Origin: an uncultured Gammaproteobacteria bacterium
Lineage (GTDB): Bacteria > Pseudomonadota > Gammaproteobacteria > UBA6002
DNA: 64,000 nt
Assembly (NCBI GenBank): GCA_963705725.1
Contig: CAVPKM010000016.1
Coordinates: 73,703 to 137,702, forward strand
Direction of reading: 5' to 3'
Part shown: positions 56,901-64,000 of the stretch, piece by piece
How positions within the stretch are numbered: the stretch's first letter is position 1
Layout of the letters: each line of letters opens with the position of its first letter
The notes under the pieces: generated by a model
Database searches by the model: none
What the model was told of the DNA's origin: nothing
The model's input: the letters and a program-made list of their open reading frames with translations, nothing else
Made by a program: the position numbers and the translations under genes

Positions 56901-57906
56901 GATAAGTTATGATTTGCCGTTCGTGATTAGGGTTTCCATTTTCTAAAAGTTTGGCTGTGATGATGATTAGGCGATCAGCGAACCAGGTTTTATTATTTGG
57001 ATGTTTAGATAATGAAGATAAAAAATTGCATGGATTATCTGCATTTAACAACAAATAAAAAAAATCTTTTTCATTGTTTATGTAATATAAAAATAAATGG
57101 GGATAAACCTTAAAAAAAGAAACGAGTTCTCTATTGCAGCAAGAAAATTGCTGATTTAATAACAGGCTTTCTTGAAATAAAGTGCCGGGATAACGAACCC
57201 GATTAAAAATAACTCTTAATATTCCTTGCTGATAAATTCCGCAATAATCTAACAATAATAACGTATCTTGTTTTCCTCTTTCAGTAGAAATATTTCTGAT
57301 GAAAAGCTGTATCATTTCATCCACAGTAAACAGATTTTTTAATTTTTTTGAATAGCTCGCGGCTGAAAACAAGGTGATTGCGTTAGAATTATTGAGAATA
57401 ATTTTTTTTAAGGTTTTTGTTGGCAAACCTTCTAGGAAGGTTGGGCAATGTTTTTGATAAAGACTAAAAAAACTTTCATCTTGCAAATGTATCAGTAAAA
57501 GTTTTTTGGCTTTTTTTCGTATGCTTTTAAGGGTTTGTTGAATATTTTGCAATATATTTCGGGTGTTTTCTGAATTTGTAATTTCATCTTCCCAAGTTTC
57601 TTCACATTTTCCTGCTAAAAGCCGCGACAACTCTTTTTGTAAGATTGGATTATTAGCGAGTATTTTCAAAAAAGTAATTTGTTCTTTCTCATTAATGCAA
57701 ATGCAATTTTCTGCAATGAGAGCAAAAAAAAGATCTGATGTATAAATTGTTATTTTTTTATTTTTTATTACAGTCCAAAGCCTGGCAGTATAAGTCTGTC
57801 TTTGGTTTGAATTTTCGTGAAAAACTTGGCGATAAAGATTGAAAATTATTTTTTTACGGGTGGCATCTGTCATGAAGAATGAGTTTTCTACTATTTTATA
57901 TTTCAT
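53974..57906 (-). CDS. Large hypothetical protein (1310 aa), effector-like
   Basis: Uninterrupted 3.9-kb AT-rich ORF; L/I/F/N/K-rich and apparently helical; no motif recognised. Confidence 0.8.
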   Translation of the reverse strand: MKYKIVENSFFMTDATRKKIIFNLYRQVFHENSNQRQTYTARLWTVIKNKKITIYTSDLFFALIAENCICINEKEQITFLKILANNPILQKELSRLLAGKCEETWEDEITNSENTRNILQNIQQTLKSIRKKAKKLLLIHLQDESFFSLYQKHCPTFLEGLPTKTLKKIILNNSNAITLFSAASYSKKLKNLFTVDEMIQLFIRNISTERGKQDTLLLLDYCGIYQQGILRVIFNRVRYPGTLFQESLLLNQQFSCCNRELVSFFKVYPHLFLYYINNEKDFFYLLLNADNPCNFLSSLSKHPNNKTWFADRLIIITAKLLENGNPNHERQIITYLRNHFDDAGGARKKFFDILIAKMRSTLNNLSTAAINDLNALFILLENDYFFNALHLKTKQIIKCMREPLLRTFFDRLICQKDFIWEKIYFEFLAALSKESDVEYNYSFSYSRLKLTYTISEKNVAHHVDKRMDNYFALILINLSNWERLKKQLARTEVETLHPLVRLRMNYENTTNLNQRLCHDLLLSEELSAKNLKLLTIFISIANGKHIIDYAKKLETTTGPKKKEEKDTLLSIILKNFYYSVKFFSALDSNSYYVLGSALKRKKIIEWINYNELLQSLLFSDDIRLQKMLIPISKNPLLILKLFNSANHTCRKQLEMLLDRKNTANILLLNLNVENCIHLINQLKLATFVFLCHNPNCTSIATKLIACISSHFDQITQYDIVNYLMSEESIASNITEGLTLSILQNWIETESFRAPLVIKNLFEVVSSDLILELLQDKEKILHLVKINFYLAELIFCNFSFFSKLTFNLEDYVTFCLEEDYGLILNILKENPDFYIFHFLKANLINLPKNLQNKIINKWPELSAISVVSPVRSLEHENFQLDLLLDQEYVDSFLEESESIPTENLASQVDTWSKNLLSFFHNNLFGTEELNIFFMLYIRYRTVLITLLNRSSSVLVDGEEMVNAEIFITIVINLSLHFPNLTMDYLAKETYFELACDIFCQPEYPDIENKTNSLFYLLLLHALLTKHDSFSERHLINLITILNLYPLSHFSHYHEFIRYLFPIDLLLKINQEVLTGFFLRLNFYCEPINNLQLTQLTTPFKNLKFCLLVYPHLYLKIPVETLQTIVSSLFLVQPNTLDDFEILLNNSELTQSVLKYHPDFYNKRTTTQSMNSTTILLTTFSVAAVNSQNISLAEQNQNPSHFISTTQEYIFFKQPLVSETVNEIINKLPITLQLEMVIALFELINQPFKKKAIQNFTERLASFDISFNSDAILPVRDSSFSNAKDEAVTAANFTMLQQSGNHTPLLGISSKR

Positions 57907-57947
57907 CTTGTCACTCTTTTTTGCTTTTTATTGTAACTGCCTGAAAT

Positions 57948-58664
57948 TCATTTGCGATGATTATTAATATCCTTCCAATATTCTTTTTTGAGCAGGTAGA
58001 TTAAAACAAATAGTACCGCAATAAAGATTAAAACCCAAATACCCATTTTTTCACGGGTATATTTCTTCGGGTCGCTGGCATAAACTAAGAAATTGACTAA
58101 ATCCCGAGTCATCATATCAAAATTGTCGGGCGTCATGCTTCCTGTTCGTGTCAGTTCAATTACTGTGTAGTAAGGAGGTTTTTCAATAAGTAGAGAATTT
58201 TTTACCAATTGTTTTTGCTTTATCAGCAATACTTGTTCACCTTGTAACCCGAGAAATGGATTGGGCATATTTACATCTGGAATCAACAAGTTGTTGCTTC
58301 TTGTTGGACGAGTTAAATCAATATAAAAGACATGCAAATAGGTATATAACCAATCTTCTCCGCGTATTCTTGCAATAAGTGATAGATCTGGAGGAGCAGA
58401 ACCAAACCACCATTGTTGATTTTTTTCTGGCATTTTTCTAGGAGTAATGCCTGCTGCTAAGGCAATATGATCATTTTTCATATAGGTTAAGGTATGGCAG
58501 GCCATGCAATATAGCGCAAAGTTTTTAGCGCCATGCTCTATGCTTTTGAGATCGTGCGTATTGAGTTCGGCTTTTTCTAGCCTAATTGAATCTTCTGAAA
58601 AAATTGAAATAGAAGTTAAACAGATAATGACTATTGTCCACATTCGTATTTTTTTTATCATCAT
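57948..58664 (-). CDS. petC: Cytochrome c1 (start corrected to ~58664)
   Basis: CMACH, PPDLSLIAR, NMP ligand, C-terminal TM and LKKEYWKDI. Confidence 0.96.
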   Translation of the reverse strand: MMIKKIRMWTIVIICLTSISIFSEDSIRLEKAELNTHDLKSIEHGAKNFALYCMACHTLTYMKNDHIALAAGITPRKMPEKNQQWWFGSAPPDLSLIARIRGEDWLYTYLHVFYIDLTRPTRSNNLLIPDVNMPNPFLGLQGEQVLLIKQKQLVKNSLLIEKPPYYTVIELTRTGSMTPDNFDMMTRDLVNFLVYASDPKKYTREKMGIWVLIFIAVLFVLIYLLKKEYWKDINNHRK

Positions 58665-59896
58665 TCTTCCTTGGAAAGAATCGTCAATCGCCTTGGTGGT
58701 GTTTTCGCTTTTTCCATGCGGGTGTAGATTGGCATTAATAGAAAGAAAAGAAAGTATCCTAATGTGAAAATACGACTCAGCCGAACTACCCACTCATTTA
58801 AGCCTTGCGTGCCTAAATATCCGAGCCCGATAAAACTGATAACAAAAATGGTTAAGGCAAGTTTTGACATTTTCCCTTTATAGCGAATTGATTTTACAGG
58901 GCTTTTATCTAACCAAGGTAGGACAAATAAGATAGCAATCGATGCAGCTAGTGCAAAAATTCCGAATAATTTATTCGGAATGGCTCGCAAAATTGCATAA
59001 AACGGAGCGAAATACCAAGCGGGAGCAATGTGCAAAGGGGTTTTTAAAGGATTTGAAGGAATAAAATTTTCTGGTTCTAAAAATAATCCGCCAAATGTTG
59101 GGAAATAAAAAACAATTGAAGCAAAAATAAACAGAAAGACCATGACTCCCATCAAATCTTTCACTGTGAAATAAGGATGGAAAGGGATGCCATCAATTGG
59201 TTTCCCCTTATTATCAAGCTGTTCTTTTATTTCAATTCCATCAGGATTGTTGGAGCCTACCTTTCTTAAGGCAATCAAATGAATGACGACGACAAATATA
59301 ATTAAGATTGGGATTGCCGTAACATGATAGGAAAAAAATCGATGCAGGGTGATCGCCGAAACCATGTAGTCACCAAGAAACCAAGCGGACAAAAATTCTC
59401 CAATTTTAGGAATGGCCATGACCATGGAACTGATTACTCTGCTAGCCCAAAAGGACATTTGTCCCCAAGGCAGCACATAACCGGTGTAGGCTTCCATCAT
59501 AATCAATAGATATAAAGTCAGGCCAATCAACCAGAGAAGCTCGCGCGGAAAGCGATATGACCCATACATAATGCAACGATAAATATGCAGATAAAGGACA
59601 ATAAAAAATGCTGAAGCGCCGGTTGAATGCATGTAGCGGATTAGCCAACCGTAATGAACATTGCGCATGACATGCTCGATTGAACTAAATGCTTCGTTTG
59701 CCGTTGGCGTATAATACATAGCCATCCAAATTCCAGTTAAAATTTGATTAACCAAAATAAGAAGAGAAAAGACCCCAAAGTAATACCAAAAATTTAAATT
59801 TTTAGGCGCATAATAACCAGTAAAAAAATTTTTCCAGGTATTGGATAGTGGTAGGCGAGTATCAATCCAAGCAATCAAACGTTTTATCTTCTCCAT
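58661..59896 (-). CDS. petB: Cytochrome b
   Basis: RYMHSTGAS, GYVLPWGQMS, PFHPY; Qo motif here reads PAWY. Confidence 0.97.
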   Translation of the reverse strand: MEKIKRLIAWIDTRLPLSNTWKNFFTGYYAPKNLNFWYYFGVFSLLILVNQILTGIWMAMYYTPTANEAFSSIEHVMRNVHYGWLIRYMHSTGASAFFIVLYLHIYRCIMYGSYRFPRELLWLIGLTLYLLIMMEAYTGYVLPWGQMSFWASRVISSMVMAIPKIGEFLSAWFLGDYMVSAITLHRFFSYHVTAIPILIIFVVVIHLIALRKVGSNNPDGIEIKEQLDNKGKPIDGIPFHPYFTVKDLMGVMVFLFIFASIVFYFPTFGGLFLEPENFIPSNPLKTPLHIAPAWYFAPFYAILRAIPNKLFGIFALAASIAILFVLPWLDKSPVKSIRYKGKMSKLALTIFVISFIGLGYLGTQGLNEWVVRLSRIFTLGYFLFFLLMPIYTRMEKAKTPPRRLTILSKEE

Positions 59897-59904
59897 ACTT
59901 TTCC

Positions 59905-60492
59905 TTACGCTTTGTTTGGAGGATTCACGCCAATTAGTAAAGTGGTATCATTTAAAAAAGAATAGGATGGAACTTCAAGATTAATCGGGGCTGGTACGCC
60001 CTTAAAAACTCTTCCTGCCATATCAAATTTTGAGCCATGGCAACTGCAAAAAAAGCCACCAGGCCAATTTGGACTAATGCTGCCTGGGTCTGGTCGATAA
60101 GTAGGAATGCATCCTAAATGAGTGCAAATTCCAACTAAGACCAGATATTCCGGTTTAATTGAACGAAAACGATTTTTGGCGTAAGCCGGCTGCTGCTCTT
60201 CTTCAGATTGTGGATCTCGCAGTAAATTTTCATCTCTCACTAAACTTGATAGCGCTTCTTTTGTTCGATAGATAATCCATATGGGACGTCCTCGCCACAT
60301 CACTGTCAGTTGCTCGCCTGGCTTTAGTTGACTTAGGTCGACTTTCAATGGCGCTGCCGCTTCAGTGATATCTTCACTAGGTAGCATTGATGCAGCAAAG
60401 GGAACAGCTGCAGCTAATACGCCAACTGCTCCCATTGCGGTAGAAGCCCTGATTAGAAATTCCCTTCTCTTCTTATCTATTTCATCGACCAT
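59905..60492 (-). CDS. petA: Rieske Fe-S subunit of the bc1 complex
   Basis: Tat motif RREFL; CTHLGC and CSCHGS. Confidence 0.98.
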   Translation of the reverse strand: MVDEIDKKRREFLIRASTAMGAVGVLAAAVPFAASMLPSEDITEAAAPLKVDLSQLKPGEQLTVMWRGRPIWIIYRTKEALSSLVRDENLLRDPQSEEEQQPAYAKNRFRSIKPEYLVLVGICTHLGCIPTYRPDPGSISPNWPGGFFCSCHGSKFDMAGRVFKGVPAPINLEVPSYSFLNDTTLLIGVNPPNKA

Positions 60493-60520
60493 GATTCCCT
60501 CTCGGGCTTGAATTCGGGGT

Positions 60521-61822
60521 TTAATATCGATAATGGTCTGGTTTAAATGGACCGTTTTTTTCTACACCGATGTACTCTGCCTGCTGGGGGGTAAGCTTGG
60601 TGAGCTGAGCACCGAGTTTTTCTAGATGTAAGTTTGCAACTTTTTCATCTAAATGTTTCGGTAAGAGGTATACGCCAACAGGATAGTCATTCTGCCATAA
60701 TTCGATTTGTGCCAGAACCTGATTGCAAAATGAAGTAGACATCACAAAGCTTGGGTGACCAGCAGCACAGCCTAAATTAACTAGCCGCCCTTTGGCTAAA
60801 ACAATGATGCGTTTGCCATCAGGAAAAATAACATGGTCAACTTGTGGCTTGATATTTTCCCAGTGGTAATTTTTTAATGAAGCAATATCAATTTCAGAAT
60901 CAAAATGTCCGATATTACAAACAATGGCTTCATTTTTCATGGCTAGCATATGGTCATGAGTAATGACATTAATATTGCCTGTTGCAGTAACAAAGATATC
61001 GCCTAGTGCTGCTGCTTCTTCCATTCTTACTACGCGGTAACCTTCCATTGCCGCTTGCAGCGCACAAATTGGATCAATTTCTGTTATTAAAACTTGTGCA
61101 CCTAAGCCTTTCAACGATTGTGCACAACCCTTACCTACCTCTCCATAGCCAAGGACTACCGCTATTTTTCCAGCTATCATCACAGAGGTAGCGCGTTTAA
61201 TTCCATCGACTAATGATTCACGGCAACCATAAAGATTATCAAACTTTGATTTGGTAACAGAATCATTGACATTGATTGCTGGTATTTTCAAGGTCCCTTT
61301 TTTGACCATTTCATAAAGAATGCGAACCCCGGTGGTAGTTTCTTCTGAGATGCCTTTGATTTTAGATATTAATTCTGGATGACGTTTATGTATTGCTTCT
61401 GTAGCATCACCGCCATCATCGAGGATAAGGTTGGGTTCCCAACCATTTGGGCCAATTATTGATTGCTCTATGCACCACCAATATTCTTCTTCTGTCTCAC
61501 CTTTCCAAGCAAAAACAGGCGTTCCTCCTACTGCGATTGCAGCAGCAGCATGGTCTTGAGTTGAAAAAATATTGCAGGAAGACCATCTGACTTCTGCGCC
61601 TAGTGCCTTTAAGGTTTCTATTAATACTGCAGTTTGTATCGTCATATGCAAGCAGCCAGTAATTCGTGCCCCAGAAAGCGGTTTTTTTGCTGCAAATTCT
61701 TGGCGTATCGCCATGAGTCCTGGCATTTCGGTTTCTGCAATCGCAATTTCTCTTCGGCCCCAATCAGCTAGCTCGATATTGGCAACTCGATAGTCTTCAA
61801 TTTCTGTAATGATTTCACTCAT
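60521..61822 (-). CDS. ahcY: S-adenosylhomocysteine hydrolase
   Basis: [36 protein letters not shown]. Confidence 0.98.
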   Translation of the reverse strand: MSEIITEIEDYRVANIELADWGRREIAIAETEMPGLMAIRQEFAAKKPLSGARITGCLHMTIQTAVLIETLKALGAEVRWSSCNIFSTQDHAAAAIAVGGTPVFAWKGETEEEYWWCIEQSIIGPNGWEPNLILDDGGDATEAIHKRHPELISKIKGISEETTTGVRILYEMVKKGTLKIPAINVNDSVTKSKFDNLYGCRESLVDGIKRATSVMIAGKIAVVLGYGEVGKGCAQSLKGLGAQVLITEIDPICALQAAMEGYRVVRMEEAAALGDIFVTATGNINVITHDHMLAMKNEAIVCNIGHFDSEIDIASLKNYHWENIKPQVDHVIFPDGKRIIVLAKGRLVNLGCAAGHPSFVMSTSFCNQVLAQIELWQNDYPVGVYLLPKHLDEKVANLHLEKLGAQLTKLTPQQAEYIGVEKNGPFKPDHYRY

Positions 61823-63011
61823 GTATCATTCCTTCTGTTATTTCTAAGCTGTGATTTTTTACGGCTTCTTTAAGGGAGTTAACTTTATCTAATCGCTCCC
61901 AGCTAAAGCTTTCAATATGACGACCAAAATGACCATAAGCTGCGGTTTCCTGATAAATTGGACGAAGAAGATCCAGCATTTGAATAATGCCGCTTGGGCG
62001 CAGATTAAAAAATTGTTTAATTAAACGAATTATTATTTCATCTGACACTCGACCTGTCTGGAAGGTATTGACATAAATTGAAACAGGATCTGGAACGCCA
62101 ATTGCATAAGCAATTTGAATTTCGCAGCGCGCTGCAAGCCCTGCCGCTACTAGGTTTTTGGCGATATAACGACACATATATGCCCCTGAGCGATCTACTT
62201 TCGAGGGATCCTTGCCTGAAAAACAACCGCCGCCGTGATGCGCCATCCCGCCATAAGTATCCACAATAATTTTTCGCCCAGTTAATCCGCAGTCGCCTAG
62301 CGGTCCTCCGATGACAAATCTGCCAGTCGGATTGATATAAAAGCGGGTAGCTTTATTTAAGAGGTGAGCAGGAATAACGGGTTTGATAATTTCCTCAATG
62401 ACGGCTTCTTCAATCATTTGATTAGTTATATCTGGATCATGTTGAGTGGATAAAACAATTGCATCCACGCTTACGGGTCGCTGATCGACATAGCGAAAAG
62501 TTACTTGGCTTTTTGCATCTGGCCTTAACCAGCTAAGCTGACCTTGCTTACGTAATTGCGCTTGCTTTTCCATTAAACGATGGGCGAAATGTATCGGCGC
62601 CGGCATGTAGTCTTCTGTCTCATTAGTGGCATAACCAAACATAATTCCTTGGTCGCCTGCACCCAGCTCGGCGTCACTTCGTTCGTCCACTCCCAATGCG
62701 ATATCCATGGACTGTTTGCCAATTGCTGTCAATACTGAGCAAGAATTACCATCAAAGCCCAAATTTGCATCGTTATAACCGATATTAATAATGATGTTAC
62801 GGGTGAGTTGTTCAATATCTACCCAGGCAGAAGTCGTGATCTCTCCAGCAACCAGGACCATTCCGGTTTTTACTAACGTTTCACAAGCAACTCGACATTT
62901 CTTATCTTGACGCATAATTGCATCAAGTATGCCATCTGAGATTTGATCAGCGATTTTATCAGGATGACCCTCAGAAACCGATTCTGAGGTAAACAGATAT
63001 TCTTTAGTCAT
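61815..63011 (-). CDS. metK: S-adenosylmethionine synthetase
   Basis: [31 protein letters not shown]. Confidence 0.99.
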   Translation of the reverse strand: MTKEYLFTSESVSEGHPDKIADQISDGILDAIMRQDKKCRVACETLVKTGMVLVAGEITTSAWVDIEQLTRNIIINIGYNDANLGFDGNSCSVLTAIGKQSMDIALGVDERSDAELGAGDQGIMFGYATNETEDYMPAPIHFAHRLMEKQAQLRKQGQLSWLRPDAKSQVTFRYVDQRPVSVDAIVLSTQHDPDITNQMIEEAVIEEIIKPVIPAHLLNKATRFYINPTGRFVIGGPLGDCGLTGRKIIVDTYGGMAHHGGGCFSGKDPSKVDRSGAYMCRYIAKNLVAAGLAARCEIQIAYAIGVPDPVSIYVNTFQTGRVSDEIIIRLIKQFFNLRPSGIIQMLDLLRPIYQETAAYGHFGRHIESFSWERLDKVNSLKEAVKNHSLEITEGMIHE

Positions 63012-63123
63012 AATGCTCCATCATTTTTATCTAAAGTATGAAAAGTAACTATTCGCAATGAACAGCCCCAGGGACCCAAAGTCTAACAGATTTTGAAGTT
63101 TTGTCCTTTATTATTTAGTAACT

Positions 63124-63224
63124 TATAGCCATCGCGAATGGATTTTAAATAGGCGCAAGGGGAGCTTTAAGGAAGCGTATAGGGGCAAGATGACCAAGGA
63201 GGAGCAACACTTGCAAAGGGTATA
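63124..63224. repeat. Family B miniature element, longest copy (~101 bp)
   Basis: TATAGCCATCGCGAATGG...AGGCGCAAGG..GCTTTAAGGAAGCGTATA...CACTTGCAAAGGGTATA. Confidence 0.68.
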
Positions 63225-63320
63225 TTCAGCGCTTAGTTCAAGCTGAGTGGTGCCATTATTTGTTGCAGCTAATAGGAAGTCAGTTTAAGCTCGAGCCATT
63301 CCCCTTATTGAGAAACCATC

Positions 63321-63560
63321 ATGTTTGATACTAAATTTTTTGATCAGATAGCAAGGCAGCTCGCTAGTTATCTCCCTGCTTCCTTAAATTCTTTTAAAGA
63401 AGACATTGAGCGGAATTTTACTACTGCGCTACAAACATTTTTTGCCAATCGCTTAGTGACTCGTGATGAGTTTGATATTCAGGTGAAACTTTTGCAAAAA
63501 GCAAGAGAAAAAATTGATGAGCTGGAAGCGGACTTGCGTCGTCTTGAAGCAGCGGAGTGA
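63321..63560 (+). CDS. ubiK: Ubiquinone biosynthesis accessory factor UbiK (BMFP family)
   Basis: LVTRDEFDIQVKLL..AREKIDELE. Confidence 0.9.
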   Translation: MFDTKFFDQIARQLASYLPASLNSFKEDIERNFTTALQTFFANRLVTRDEFDIQVKLLQKAREKIDELEADLRRLEAAE

Positions 63561-63574
63561 CATGCTCATCGTCG

Positions 63575-63630
63575 TATACGCTTCCTCAAAGCCCCGCCTT
63601 TGCGTCTAGCCTAAGCCCCGCGAAGTGATA
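63575..63630 (-). repeat. Family B partial copy in inverted orientation
   Basis: Reverse complement reads TAGACGCAAAGGCGGGGCTTTGAGGAAGCGTATA, matching 63150-63181. Confidence 0.68.
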
Positions 63631-63835
63631 TTTTCGAAAAATAGGAAATGGCTTACAAAATTAATCGCAAATTACTGCATACAAAAAAATAAATCTCTGT
63701 ATTCTGCAACCCAAGAGGTCTTGCACGACTAATAATAAAATGGATGATCTTTATTTCTGCAATGGAAGCCTTCTGTAATTGCCTCGCTTTAATTTTTTAA
63801 TCTACCTCTCTGATTTCCATATAGGCTTCCTTGTC

Positions 63836-64000
63836 ATGTTTAATTATTATGAAAAAGGTCATGAAGCATTTTATGCCAATGAATTTGATGCAGCCAAAAA
63901 ATACTATGCGTTAGCGACCAAACAATCTAGCGCTGAACAACAAGCCTGCAGTTTTTACCTGCTGATGGTGCTTTACCTAAAAGCAGGGGACGTAGCAAAT
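63836..64000 (+). CDS. TPR-like protein, N-terminus (runs off the window)
   Basis: Manual translation MFNYYEKGHEAFYANEFDAAKKYYALATKQ..; open to the window end; TPR-like G..F/A..YY.A spacing. Confidence 0.6.
   Translation, partial: MFNYYEKGHEAFYANEFDAAKKYYALATKQSSAEQQACSFYLLMVLYLKAGDVAN

Noticed and set aside
60521-61822. Short 433-aa AhcY as a eukaryote-derived gene
   Set aside because: Forms lacking the catalytic-domain insertion also occur in gammaproteobacteria, and the gene sits in a normal metK operon
63012-63320. SAM or SAH riboswitch upstream of metK-ahcY
   Set aside because: No recognisable riboswitch consensus on the minus strand; the visible structure is explained by family A and B repeat remnants

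Overview
Chromosomal origin region of an AT-rich gammaproteobacterium. Gene content and order (rpmH-uspA-glyS-glyQ-com1-like-rpoH-ftsY-M16 pair-rsmD; long AtpE; orphan helical genes) suggest a Coxiellales/Legionellales relative (inference). The window holds most of the atp operon, the parB-parA-rsmG-mnmG-mnmE-yidC-yidD-rnpA-rpmH block, a clear oriC at about 12.4-12.6 kb, and dnaA-dnaN-recF-gyrB displaced 11-17 kb from it, with two parS sites inside recF. It also holds ubi, pyr, trxA-rho, a caa3-type oxidase operon, petABC and metK-ahcY. The most notable unexplained structure is two families of non-coding palindromic miniature elements in many intergenic gaps, as full-length, internally deleted and footprint copies. 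Family A ends are GTAACTATTCAGC...GCTGAATAGTTAC; family B ends are TATACCCTTTG...CAAAGGGTATA. The intact family A copy folds better on one strand and has a Rickettsia-palindromic-element-like core. Other items: frameshifts in pckA (two) and coxA (one), a catalytically dead PyrC', and four orphan effector-like genes placed behind other operons, one with an F-box-like motif. No rRNA, tRNA, CRISPR, transposase or prophage was seen. No searches were run.
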